Assembly (NCBI RefSeq): GCF_006345805.1
Contig: NC_043001.1
Coordinates: 108,748,001 to 108,812,000, forward strand
Origin: Octopus sinensis
Taxonomy: Eukaryota
Direction of reading: 5' to 3'
Length of the DNA stretch: 64,000 nucleotides
Each line of letters begins with the position of its first letter. Positions within the stretch are counted from its first letter, which is position 1. The position numbers and the translations under genes are program-made. The notes under the pieces are model-generated. The model was not told where the DNA came from and searched no databases. It worked only from the letters and a program-made list of their open reading frames with translations. Below, piece after piece: positions 29,049 through 41,459 of the stretch.

Positions 29049-29154
29049 GCCTTAAACAAATGAAGAACAAAACTGCTTTTTAACAAACACACCGTAAGCA
29101 GATTAACCAACTTCAAAAGCAGGGTTTGTACTTTCAATAGAAAGTACAGTATAT

Positions 29155-29720
29155 TCTTTTCTACTCTTAGCACAAGGTCAAAAATTTTAGGGAGGGGGGG
29201 CAGTCGATTAGAGCGACCCCAGTACGCAACTGGTACTTAATTTATCGATCCCGAAAGGATGAAAGGCAAAGTCGACCTCGGCGGAATTTGAACTCAGGAC
29301 GTAGCGGCAGACGAAATACCTATTTCTTTACTACCCACAAGGGGCTAAACACAGAGGAGACAAACAAGCATAGACAGACGGATTAAGTCGATTATATCGA
29401 CCCCAGTGCGTAACTGGTACTTAATTTATCGACCCCGAAAGGATGAAAGGCAAAGTCGACCTCGGCGGAATTTGAACTCAGGACGTAGTGGCAGACGAAA
29501 TATCTATTTCTTTACTACCCAAAAGGGGCTAAACACAGAGGAGACAAACAAGCACAGACAGACGGATTAAGTCGATTATATCGACCCCAGTGCGTAACTG
29601 GTACTTACTTAATCGACCCCGAAAGGATGAAAGGCAAAGTCGACCATGGCGGAATTTGAACTCAGAACGTAACGGCAGACGAAATACGGCTACGCATTTC
29701 GCCCGGCGTGCTAATGTTTC
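29155..29720 (-). repeat. SINE family B with tandem internal units
   Basis: Reverse-complement copy, with its head at about 29717. Confidence 0.9.
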
Positions 29721-29829
29721 TGCCAGCTCGCCGCCTTGAAGTACAGTTTATTGTACGGTATAGCATAGTACTCTCGGATTTCTGGGAGCCAGATAAGAGG
29801 TCTAGTATTGTATTAGGCTTTTTTTTTGC

Positions 29830-30965
29830 TACGGCAGCGAGCTGGCAGAATCATTAGCACGCCGGCCGAAATACTTAGCGGTATTTCGTCTGCCGTTACG
29901 TTCTAAGTTCAAATTCCGCCGGGGTCGACTTTGCCTTTCATCCTTTCGGGGTCGATTAAATAAGTACCAGTTACGCACTGGAGTCGATATAATCGACTTA
30001 ATCCGTTTGTCTGTCCTTGTTTGTCTCCTCTGTGTTTAGCCCCTTGTGGGTAGTAAAGAAATAGGTATTTCGTCTGCCGTTACGTTCTAAGTTCAAATTC
30101 CGCCGGGGTCGACTTTGCCTTTCATCCTTTCGGGGTCGATTAAATAAGTACCAGTTACGTACTGGGGTCGATATAATCGACTTAATCCGTTTGTCTGTCC
30201 TTGTTTGTCTCCTCTGTGTTTAGCCCCTTGTGGGTAGTAAAGAAATAGGTATTTCGTCTGCCGTTACGTTCCGAGTTCAAATTCCGCCGAGGTCGACTTT
30301 GCCTTTCATCCTTTCGGGGTCGATTAAATAAGTACCAGTTACGCACTGGAGTCGATATAATCGACTTAATCCGTTTGTCTGTCCTTGTTTGTCTCCTCTG
30401 TGTTTAGCCCCTTGTGGGTAGTAAAGAAATAGGTATTTCGTCTGCCGTTACGTTCTAAGTTCAAATTCCGCCATGGTCGACTTTGCCTTTCATCCTTTCG
30501 GGGTCGATTAAATAAGTACCAGTTACGCACTGGAGTCGATATAATCGACTTAATCCGTTTGTCTGTCCTTGTTTGTCTCCTCTGTGTTTAGCCCCTTGTG
30601 GGTAGTAAAGAAATAGGTATTTCGTCTGCCGTTACGTTCTGAGTTCAAATTCCGCCATGGTCGACTTTGCCTTTCATCCTTTCGGGGTCGATTAAATAAG
30701 TACCAGTTACGCACTGGGGTCGATATATTCGACTTAATCTGTTTGTCTGTCCTTGTTTGTCCTCTCTGTGTTTAGCCCCTTGTGGGTAGTAAAGAAATAG
30801 GTATTTCGCCTGTCTTTTATGTTCTGAGTTCAAATTCCGCCGAGGTCGACTCGGTCTTTCATTTTTTCGAGTTCGATAAATTAAGTACCGGTTGAGTACT
30901 GGGGTCAATGTAATCGACTTAACTCCCGCCCCACAAATTTCAGGCCTTGTACCTAGCGTATGAAG
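29830..30965 (+). repeat. SINE family B with five tandem 184-bp internal units plus a terminal unit
   Basis: tRNA-like head GGCAGCGAGCTGGCAGAA. GGTATTTCG recurs at 29880, 30064, 30248, 30432, 30616 and 30800. Confidence 0.9.
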
Positions 30966-31338
30966 GATTATGCTTTGTTTTGCTAACTGGGCTCAGTGAA
31001 TGAACTGAGACCATGCTAGAGCAATTATCAAGTTTCAGAGTCTTCTGTTCAGTAAATATTTTACCGTAAGCTATTTTCCTAATCGTTCATTAATTCATAT
31101 AATATGAGGCCCAACATAAACAATGTTTTTTTTTTTTAGATCAGTGCAAACGCAAATGCACACAGGTCTTTCTTTCTTTCTTTCTTCTTTCTTTCTTTCT
31201 TTCTTTCCTTATAAACATATATGTAGACTAGCTTAAGGTGACCCGCTCTACGTGAGGGTAAGAGTGTGGTTGTTACTTTACTTTCTGTTGCTTCCATTCT
31301 GTTTTTTATCACCACATTCGTATATGTATATATATTTG

Positions 31339-31395
<57 letters not shown>

Positions 31396-31743
31396 ATATA
31401 TATATAATATATATATATATGTTTGTGTATATATATATATATAATATATATATATATATTATATATATATACACACAAATATATATATATATATTTACGT
31501 ATATGTAAGCGCGCAGCAGCGACAGCAACAACAATACATACACGCACACACACACACACACACATACACACACACACACGCATAATATAAACCCACGCTT
31601 TCTCTAATTTATTCGGTTCTGATTCCTCCGTTTACTTATTTTTGTGATTTTATTTACTTAAGATCTGATATCGATTATTACAAAAATAAATAAATAAAAG
31701 TAATCAATAGATGTGAATGGAACAGTGTCTGTACGAGTGTGTA

Positions 31744-31775
<32 letters not shown>

Positions 31776-32639
31776 TGCGAGTGTGTGTATATGTGTGTGC
31801 ATGTTTGTACGAGTGTGTGTGTGTCTGTAAGAGTGTGTGTATGTGTGTGTGTATGTGTATATGTGTGTGTGTATGTCTATGTGTGTGTGTGTATGTGTAT
31901 ATGTGTGTGTGTATGTGTATATGTGTGTGTATGTGTATATGTGTGTGTATGTGTATATGTGTGTGTGTATCTATGTCTGTACGAGTGTGTGTATGTCTGT
32001 ACGTGTGTGTGTATGTCTGTACGTGTGTGTGTATGTGTGTGTGTATGTTAGTACGAGTGTGTGTGCGTACAGACATACACACACACACACACGTACAGAC
32101 ATATACACACACAATCGTACAAACATAGAAACACGCACGTACGTCTGTACGTGTGTGTGTGTATGTCTGTACGAATGTGTGTGTGTAGTTGTTAAAGACT
32201 AGGACAGCCTTAACCCAGCAGACATATGAGTTGAGGCGTTTCCAGCTATGACATACTTTTCCCGTTCCTACCATTATAGACATAGGAGCAAGGCAACGAC
32301 ATTTGCAAATGTCTGCCATGTTTGTGAGCGGTTGACTTACAGAATCGCCAGAACGTAGGAATAATACTTTGTAGTATTTCTTCCAGTTCTTTACGTTCAG
32401 AATTAAAAATTCCGCCATGTTGAACTTTGCCATTGATGCCTCCGTGGTCGATAAAATGAAATCCTGGCTAATACTGAGACAATGAAATCTCCTTAATCCT
32501 TCCCACTAATCCACTTGCCACCAGCTTAAACCAGGAAGTGTGCTGCAGAACTGCTAGACTAACAGAAAAAAGGGTTTAAAGCAGGGGTTTTCAATTATTT
32601 TTTTTTATCTGAATCAGTTAAGCAGATGTTAAGAGGAGC

Positions 32640-33110
32640 AATCGTCAACCACGTATGACAGTTCACTTGAAAAGAGCGATTAGAGAAGCATCGATAAATT
32701 CTAAGTAAGTGGCAATAATGAATGACTAGATTAGAGTGTGAAATCTAAAAGAGGTGCTTAGGAAAGGCATCACCATCGACGTGTTTGGCAACGAGATTGG
32801 CCCCGGTCTCATTCTTCAAAGCGAATCATGAAAGCTGTGTTGTTAGAGTTAAGGATCTAAGATACGAGAGAATGAAAGCTGTTTGATGAATCCGAGTGAA
32901 AGAGGCAATACTTTGTTACGAGGCTGCAATTCGGATTCTGGTAGACCACGATGAGAGCGTTCTTATCGATTCCAAGCAGATGTATATGGCTTTTCAGCAG
33001 AACTTTGCATGACTGTTCCCTCGAAAATCAAACAATTAATAGACAAAATTACGCTTGAGTGGTGCCACAGACTTGATGAAAAATTGAGAATGATATAAGA
33101 AGTTTGGCTC
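32640..33110 (+). mobile_element. Probable Tx1-like ORF2 endonuclease-RT linker fragment
   Basis: EAAIRILVDHDESVLIDSKQMYMAFQQNFA*LF resembles the Tx1 linker region. Confidence 0.4.
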
Positions 33111-33120
33111 AAAATATAAA

Positions 33121-33521
33121 CGAGTGGCTGTGTGGTAAGTAGCTTGTTTACCAACCACATGGTTCCGGGTTCAGTCCCACTGCGTGGTACCTTGGGCAAG
33201 TGTCTTCTACTATAGCCTCGGGCCGACCAATGCCTTGTGAGTGGATTTGGTAGACGGAAACTGAAAGAAGCCCGTCGTATATATGGATATATATATATAT
33301 ATATGCGTGTGTGTGTTTGTGTGTCTGTGTTTGTCCCCCTAGCATTGCTTGACAACCGATGCTGGTGTGTTTATGTCCCCGTTACTTAGCGGTTCGGCAA
33401 AAGAGACCGATAGAATAAGTACTGGGCTTACAAAAGAATAAGTCCTGGGGTCGAGTTGCTCGATTAAAGGCGGTGCTTCAGCATGGCCGCAGTCAAATGA
33501 CTGAAACAAGTAAAAGAGTAA
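33121..33521 (+). mobile_element. SINE family A
   Basis: Near-identical to 7421-7840. Confidence 0.9.
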
Positions 33522-33831
33522 CATGCAAAAGATAGATTATTACTAAAAATAAACTAAGACATTACAACAAGCATAAATGAGCATACTCTGAAGATGGAGT
33601 TTTTTTTTAACACCAACATTCCCAAAAGATGTTTACCGGTGCATTTCGCTGCACTCATACGCAATTTGAAAAAAACCTTAATGGACGTAGGCAGTGACCT
33701 TTCATGTTTTATTTCCTTTCAATTATATCTCATCTTTGTTTAATTATGTGTTTCATCGTACCTTTTTTAAAAATATATTTCTATACAGTTATATGTACTT
33801 TTAAAATCTTAGAATGTCCATTCATGTAGTG

Positions 33832-34707
33832 CAGGGGTAGGGAAACTTTTTAGAGCGGCGAGTAAAAATTTCCAAAGAAAAAGGTTCGCGGGCGGATCAC
33901 AAGTTCTAACTCTGTGTAAACCTTGTGTATATCTATGTATAATTCGATTTACTTTAATAATGATAAGTTTAACACATTAGATTAACGCGTTACATCTTCA
34001 TTTAGGACGTTTACATTCCTTATGAGGTATTCTATATTTTTCAACTAGAGTGTAGTTGGGTCTCAAGGGGGTGATACAAACCTAGCAATATGTGTTTTAT
34101 AGTGATATGTCTTTTATAGTAAGGCGGCGAGCTGGCAGAAACGTTAGTACGCCGGGCGAAATGCTTAGCGGTATTTCGTCTGCCGTTACGTTCTGAGTTC
34201 AAATTCCGCCGAGGTCGACTTTGCTTTTCATCCTTTTGGGGTCGATAAATTAAGTACCAGTTGCGCACTGGGGTCGATGTAATCAACTTAATCCGTTTGT
34301 CTGTCCTTGTTTGTCTCCTCTGTGTTTAGACCCTTGTGGATAGTAAAGAAATAGGTATTTTGTCTGTTTTTATGTTCTGAGTTCAAATTCAACCGAGGTA
34401 GACTTTGCCTTTCATCCTTTCGAGGTCGATAAATTAAGTACCAGTTGCATACTGGGGTCGATTTAATCGACTGGCCCCTCTCCCTGAAAATTTCGGGCCT
34501 TGTGTCAAGAGTAGAAAAGAATTACCGGACGATTTTCTGTTCGAGTCTAACCGTTTTAAGCCGTAGTGGAAACGCGACTTATGTCCCAAACAGGCATACG
34601 AATATTGCATAAATTACATAATTGGAAAATTTACTATATTCTGTACTTAGGAATATACAAACTTGCGGGGGCAATAAAGTGGGCTCGCGGGGGTTTCCCC
34701 AACCCCG
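33832..34707. mobile_element. hAT-like MITE interrupted by a SINE B copy
   Basis: TIRs CAGGGGTAGGGAAAC and GTTTCCCCAACCCC-G. Flanking 8-mers ATGTAGTG and ACACAGTG (5/8 match, a possible decayed TSD). Confidence 0.5.
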
Positions 34708-34892
34708 ACACAGTGTATGATATCTATCAATCTCCTTTTCGTATTTGTAAATTTTTCTTTCACATTTCGCTTTCCATTTCTTTCCAACTTTTAATGAGAG
34801 TTTCAGTTTCTATGTTTTCAAGCCCTTGGGACAAATAAAGAAAAAAATGTTGTTGTTGCTCTTATTATTATTGTTATTTTCTGTCTTCTTTC

Positions 34893-34922
<30 letters not shown>

Positions 34923-34926
<4 letters not shown>

Positions 34927-37408
34927 TAGTTTTATTTTTATAGCGTGCTTTCACTTCACTACCGAGCGCAGCTCTGTGTGCCTTGGGTATGTGCTGTGAT
35001 TTGTTGTGATGCTCTGATGGTTATTGTATGGAAAGTGTTCTGCGTAGGATGTGTGCAGTGCCTAGTAGTGCAATTTTCTGTATGTTATATGTGTTTGTAA
35101 GTCCTGGTGTTTTTGTTATGTATTTGTCTGAATATTTTTTTATCATGCCTAATGCACCTACTATGATAGGAATTGTTTCTGTTTTCAGGTTCCACATTCT
35201 AGTTACCTCTATTTCCAGGTCTTTGTATTTTGAGAGTTTCTCCATTTCTTTTAGAGACACGTTGTCATCTGCCGGTATTGATACATCAATTAGAAAGCAT
35301 TTTTTTTCTTCATGATCTCTGACAACTATATCTGGTCTGTTGGCCTTAATTTCTCTATCTGTGTGTATCGGCATATCCCAGAGTATGGTTGCTTTCTCGT
35401 TTTCTGTGACCTTTTCTGGTGTGTGCCTATACCATCTTTTTTCTGTTGTTATTCCATAATGTTGGCATAGCTTCCAATGTATGTAGGTTCCAACTCTGTC
35501 ATGTCTGTGAATATATTCCTTCTTAGCCAGGACTGGGCAGCTTGAGATAATATGATTTATTGTTTCTTGTCCATCTCCACATATTCTGCAGTTACTTGTA
35601 ATATTTCTTTTCATTACATGTTTTTGGTAATTTCTGGTGGGGAGGCTTTGGTCTTGTGCTGCAATTAAAAATCCCTCTGTTTCTGCTTTGAGTCCTGAGC
35701 TTCTCAACCATTGCTGGGATCATCTTCTTCTTCTTCTTTGTGTTTATTAGGTGGTATGATTTCTTGTTTGTATTTGTCAGCTTCCTTAAATACTGAGAAC
35801 AGTTTTTTGTTTTGCTCGTGTTTTGCTGCTATCTGGATCAGTTTTCCTTCCTTCTGAAGTAGGTATTTTTGCAGTCCTATGGTGGTTATTTTATAGTAGT
35901 TTTCCAGCTGTATAAGGCCTCTACCACCTTCTATACGTTGTATATATAGTCTTTCTATGTCAGATTTTGGGTGATGCATCCTAGATCCTGTCAGTATTTT
36001 TCTTGTTTTCCTATCTATTTTGGACAGTTCATTTCGTGTCCAGTTAAGGATATTGTAGCTGTAACTTATAACTGGGACAGCTAAAGTGTTGATACCTATT
36101 ATCTTGTTTTTAGCATTGAGCTCTGTTTTTAGTATTGATCTAACTCGTCTATAATATTCTTTTTTTATTTTCTCTTTCATTTGTGTGTGTTGTGTCTTAT
36201 CTAGTTCATGGATTCCTAAGTATTTGTAAGTTTGGCTTGGTCTAATTCTTTTATTTCATTGGTTTTATCTAGTGTGATGTTGTTACTCTTAACTAGTTTT
36301 CCTCTTTTCATGGTTACTTTGGCGCATTTTTCTAATCCAAATTTCATATCTATTTCTTTGGTAAATCCATAAACTGTCTTTAATAGTGTTTCCAGCTGTT
36401 TGTCATTTGCAGCGTATAGTTTTAGGTCATCCATATATAAAAGGTGGCTGATCGTTTTGCCGTAACATTTATATCCGCATCCAGTTCTATTTAGCATATC
36501 AGATAGAGGTGACAGTGCCAAGCAGAAAAGGAGTGGAGAGAGCATGTCTCCCTGGAATATTCCTCTTCTAATGGGGATGTCTTTGGTTTTCATGAGTCCC
36601 TCTTTTGTTTGGAGGTGTAGGACTGTTTGCCATTTATTCATAGAGTGCTCTATGAATTTTATGATTGTTGGTGCTACTTTGTTAATGGCTAGTGTTTCGA
36701 GGATCCATGTGTGGGGGATGCTATCAAACGCCTTTTTGTAGTCAATCCAGGCCATACTGAGGCCTTTCTTCTTTCTGTGGCTGTCTTCAGTTACGGCTTT
36801 ATTAATCATTAGTTGATCTTTACAGCCATATGAGCCCTTGCGGCATCCTTTCTGCTCTTCTGGGAACAGTTTGTTTTCGTCCAGGTGCTTGTTCAGCCTT
36901 TGCGATATCACTGCAGTAAATGCCTTGAACATAGTAGGGAGGCAGGTTATTGGTCTGTAGTTTTCTGGTTTTGTTGTTTCATTTGATTTGGGAATTAAGA
37001 TGGTTTTCCCCTTCGTGAGCCATTCAGGCATTGTCTCTGGCTCTGCTAGTATGCTGTTAAAGTTTTCAGCCAGCTTTTTGTGCATTCCTGTTAGATATTT
37101 CAACCAGAAGTTGGGGATCTTGTCATGCCCAGGTGCCTTCCAGTTGCTTAGTTTTTGCAGTGCCTGGGTGACCTCTTCAGTTGTTATGGGGGTCCAAAGT
37201 TGTTCAGATGCCGAGTTTGTTATTTTCATACTCCTTTTTTTTGGTGGCTCGTTCGCCGACCATATTTCTTTCCAGAATTCTTCCAATTCTTCTGCCGTTG
37301 GTGCTGCAGTAACTTCTATTTTATTTTTGCCCAGTTCTTGGTAGAACTTTTTGGGGTCGGAGTTGAACTTTTTGTTCTGTTCAAAGAAGCGTTGGCGTTT
37401 CTCGTACC
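34923..37408 (-). mobile_element. 5'-truncated R4/Dong-like non-LTR retrotransposon (RT plus RLE endonuclease), frameshifted
   Basis: ORF 36216-37286 is an RT with KAPGHD, YRPITCL, DYKKAFD, GIFQGD and LYMDD. ORF 35704-36180 continues it. ORF 35021-35707 has a CCHC knuckle (CRICGDGQETINHIISSC), RHD, RPDIVV, IDVSIP and KYKDL. A short 3'UTR runs into (TAA)n. Confidence 0.9.
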
Positions 37409-37906
37409 ATTATTATTATTATTATTATTATTATTTGTTGAAACGTCGTCTGTTTTTAATTGAAACCAGTTATCATCTTTTCATTTTCATCATTTAAATT
37501 GTTTCGTCTAATTAAAACGCAGTCTCGCAGTACCATCTCATTCTCGGATATTTCCAGAGTCAAATTAGCTTTTTTTTTTTAATTTTCGCTGATTATAACA
37601 CTGTTGAATGAATTAATAAACACGTTAAATAGCAAGATGTTATTTCGTTTCATCCAGAAATTAAATAAGAATTGGCATTTTTATGTCTGAACGAAAAACA
37701 ATCGAACGTATCAATAGAGAAGCAACAGCATAACACCACACACACACACACACACACACAACTATATCTGTCTCTCTGTCTGCCTTTCTTTGTCTATTTG
37801 TGTGTGTATGTGTGTTTGTGCACGCGCGTATATATATTTATATATATTTATATAAGATAAACTTACTTGGAAATGGCTGTGTGGCGTTCACTCATACAAT
37901 AATATA

Positions 37907-37953
<47 letters not shown>

Positions 37954-37957
<4 letters not shown>

Positions 37958-38595
37958 GAAGGAGCGCTCCGTCGGTTATGACGACGATGGTCCCAGTTGG
38001 TCCGATCAAGGGAACAGCTTGCTCGTGAAATTAACGCGCAAGTGACTGAGCAATCCACAGACACGTGTACCCTTAACGTAGTTTTCAGGGTGATTCAGCG
38101 TGACACAGAGTGTGTCAAGGCCGGCCCTTTGAAATACAGGTACAACTCATTTTTGCCAGCTGAGTGAACTGGAGCAGCGTGAAATAAAGTGTCGTGCTCA
38201 AGGACACAACGCGTCGCCGGGAATCGAACTCACGACCATACAATCGTGAACCGAATGCCCTAACCACTAAGTCACGTATATATATATATATATATATATC
38301 ACGTGATCACGTGACCGACCAGTTCATCAGATGTAGTAACACATCGCTGGTCACAATGCGTTCGCATTGTTTTAGCCTTCGAATGACGCCACCCCGCTGG
38401 CTTAGCGAGCAGGCCAACAGAAGAAAGAGTGGGAGAAAAAGTGGTGAAAGAGTACAGCAGGGATCACCCCCCCCTGCCGGAGCCTCGTGGAGCTTTTAGA
38501 TGTTTTCGCTCAATAAACACTCACAACGCCCGGTCTGGGAATCGAAACCGCGAGTCCGCTGCCCTAACCACTGGGCCATTGCGCCTCCATATATA

Positions 38596-38640
<45 letters not shown>

Positions 38641-38959
38641 GAAGGAGCGCTCCGTCGGTTATGACGACGATGGTCCCAGTTGGTCCGATCAAGGGAACAG
38701 CTTGCTCGTGAAATTAACGCGCAAGTGACTGAGCAATCCACAGACACGTGTACCCTTAACGTAGTTTTCAGGGTGATTCAGCGTGACACAGAGTGTGTCA
38801 AGGCCGGCCCTTTGAAATACAGGTACAACTCATTTTTGCCAGCTGAGTGAACTGGAGCAGCGTGAAATAAAGTGTCGTGCTCAAGGACACAACGCGTCGC
38901 CGGGAATCGAACTCACGACCATACAATCGTGAACCGAATGCCCTAACCACTAAGTCACG

Positions 38960-38990
<31 letters not shown>

Positions 38991-39273
38991 ATCACGTGAC
39001 CGACCAGTTCATCAGATGTAGTAACACATCGCTGGTCACAATGCGTTCGCATTGTTTTAGCCTTCGAATGACGCCACCCCGCTGGCTTAGCGAGCAGGCC
39101 AACAGAAGAAAGAGTGGGAGAAAAAGTGGTGAAAGAGTACAGCAGGGATCACCCCCCCCTGCCGGAGCCTCGTGGAGCTTTTAGATGTTTTCGCTCAATA
39201 AACACTCACAACGCCCGGTCTGGGAATCGAAACCGCGAGTCCGCTGCCCTAACCACTGGGCCATTGCGCCTCC
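37954..39273. repeat. Near-perfect 683-bp tandem duplication of SINE D + (TA)n + SINE C variant
   Basis: Copies at 37954-38589 and 38637-39273, separated by (TA)n. Confidence 0.9.
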
Positions 39274-39296
39274 ATATATATATATATATATATATA

Positions 39297-40421
39297 GGAC
39301 AGGACAATGCCTGTCCTATGCCTTCAGAACGTCCAACGACGGAGTGTTCCTCCACACCAGGGCTGATGGTGGATTGTTCAATCTTGCGCGCCTCAGAGCT
39401 AAGACCAAAGTCCGTCAGGTGCTGATCAGAGAGATCCTCTTTGCTGACGATGCCGCCCTAACATCACACAACCAGCCGGGTCTCCAGAGGCTGGTCAGCT
39501 CCCTGGCGGATGCCTGCTAAGAGTTCGGCCTTACCATCGGCCTGAAAAAGACAGAGATCATGGGCCAGGACGTCGGAGGGGTCCCCAGCATCAGTGTCGG
39601 CGACCACAGCTTGCAGGTGGTGAACGAGTTCACTTACCTGGGATCGACGGTCTCCAGCAGCCTGTCCCTCGAGCCGGAGCTGAACAGACGGATTGGGAAG
39701 GCTGCTGCTGCCATGGCTAAGCTCTCCAGGAGAGTGTGGGAAAACAACATGCTCACAATAACCACCAAGATCGCAGTGTACCGAGCCTGCGTGCTGAGCA
39801 CCCTACTCTACGGCAGCGAGAGCTGGACAACATACACCCGGCAAGAATGCCGCTTCAGCGGCTTCCACATGCGGTGTCTTCGACGGATCCTTGGCATCTC
39901 CTGGAAGGACCGAGTACCAAACGGAGTCATCCTAGAACAGACTAATATGCCAAGCATGCATGCCCTCCTCGTGCGGAGACGACTGCGCTGGCTCGGACAC
40001 GTCTGCCGCATGCAGGACGGTCGCATGCCTAAAGACATCCTGTACAGCGAACTCACCACGGGATCCCGACCCAAGGGACGTCCACAGCTACGATACAGGG
40101 ATGTGTGCAAGCGCGACCTGAGGACTGCCAACATCTGTGTGGACACGTGGAAGGTAACAGCTGCTGACCGCTCTGCCTGGCGTCGGACAGTGAGGAAAGG
40201 CGTTTCCATGGCTGAGGAAAGGAGAGCACAGCTGTGGTCGGACAGGCGGGACAGGAGGAGGACAACTGCAGCAACACTCCACACGTACCCATCGATGTTC
40301 GTGTGCAGCAACTGTACCAGGAACTGCCACTCTAGAATTGGACTGTTCAGTCACAGCAGACGCTGCTCATCATCAAAGTAGGCCCCACCCTTAGCGCGAC
40401 CCATTGTCTATCAAGACAGAC

Positions 40422-40424
<3 letters not shown>
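39297..40424 (+). mobile_element. 5'-truncated RTE-clade (BovB-like) LINE
   Basis: Motifs LFADDAAL, FTYLGS, LLYGSESW, RRLRWLGHV and GSRPKGRP, plus a C-terminal CxxC..HSRIGLFSHSRRC. One in-frame TAA at 39518-20. Flanked by (TA)n. Confidence 0.9.
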
Positions 40425-40464
<40 letters not shown>

Positions 40465-40491
40465 TTTATTTAAAGCACTAGAAAATTCAAC

Positions 40492-40538
40492 AAAATCTGT
40501 TACTCTGAGTTTCTCGTTGCCGTTCATCAGACAGTTTT
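40492..40538 (-). ncRNA. Type I hammerhead ribozyme motif
   Basis: Minus strand reads CUGU-CUGAUGA-A-CG[GCAA]CG-A-GAAA-CUC[A]GAG-UA-ACAG. The core is intact, helix II is only 2 bp, and helix III is near-palindromic. Confidence 0.6.
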
Positions 40539-40942
40539 TGGTAGAATGGAACCGATATATCAATTCAATCTAGACTCTTACAAACGCTACACCTTTAAAA
40601 AAAATGGACTTGTTTGATTGGCCCTTTAGAAATAACGGTCAATCTTCGAGCGATAAACAAAAAAAGCTCAAAAATATATGTATATATATATAAAAAATTT
40701 GAATTTTCTGCTGCTTTAAATAAAACATATTACTCTACCACTGGTATTTGAGTACTCTTTTTTCCACCTTGTTTCACATTTATGTATTTACTCCGGTATA
40801 TATATATATACATATGCATATATGTGTACAGGACGTCATAAAAAGTAAACATGAAATACGTAATACGAAAAAATGGAATTCGAACTTTTTTGCGAATAAC
40901 GAAAGGAAGAAAAGGAAAACAAGACAAGGGACATAAAGAACG

Positions 40943-41020
40943 ACCCTTCATCAGTTGTCGACTGTTTATCTACTCCACATTTCGAGCAATTACGACAAGA
41001 TGTGTCTTCGAGAAAACAGT
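40943..41020 (-). ncRNA. Candidate permuted/pseudoknotted hammerhead ribozyme, copy 2
   Basis: Minus strand reads ACUGUUU..CACAU-C-UUGUCG..GCUC-GAAA-UGUG..AAACAGU-CGACAA-CUGAUGA-A-GGGU. The layout is the same as copy 1, with different but still paired helix sequences. The triplet is AUC. Confidence 0.55.
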
Positions 41021-41064
41021 TGCTCATATCTATCTATCTACCTTATCTACCTGCTCATATCTAT

Positions 41065-41459
41065 CTACCTACCTCGCTGATGGCAGTTGCAAGATGTCCA
41101 GCCCTTGTGTCGTCTCCAAGACTCTCTCTTCCCATCTTAAATTCAACTGCACATCTTAGCCTCATTGATAAAGCTTGAACATCATTCTCTAATGTAGCAA
41201 CCATGTCTGCATGAATGTTCTTGGAGGCTAAACCGTTTTTCTGTAAGTACTTGATAACACCACGATGCCAAATTCTGTCCATTTTCAAGAAAAATCGTTG
41301 CTAGTTACTTTTGAAGTTTCTTTCGAACAGTCAGATGCCAGTCCTCTTGAAAGAAACAACGCAATTATCAATAAGAGTTGAAATTAATGCATGCAAGATT
41401 TCACAGCTTTAGCACCACTCCTTCATAGTCAGCCTATGACCTTTTCAAACCTACGCTCA
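41065..41459 (-). mobile_element. Mariner transposon 5' fragment (TIR plus N-terminal HTH)
   Basis: MDRIWHRGVIKYLQKNG..IHADMVATL..EFKMGRESLGDDTRAGH matches a mariner N-terminus. A TIR-like sequence lies near 41440-41459. Confidence 0.8.

Noticed and set aside
29880-30965. Regular array resembling CRISPR
   Set aside because: The units are 184-bp SINE internal repeats with no unique spacers, there are no cas genes, and the context is eukaryotic.
38320-38335. CUGAUGA on the minus strand in the SINE C variant tail (also near 39010)
   Set aside because: No suitably placed GAAA or helix III.
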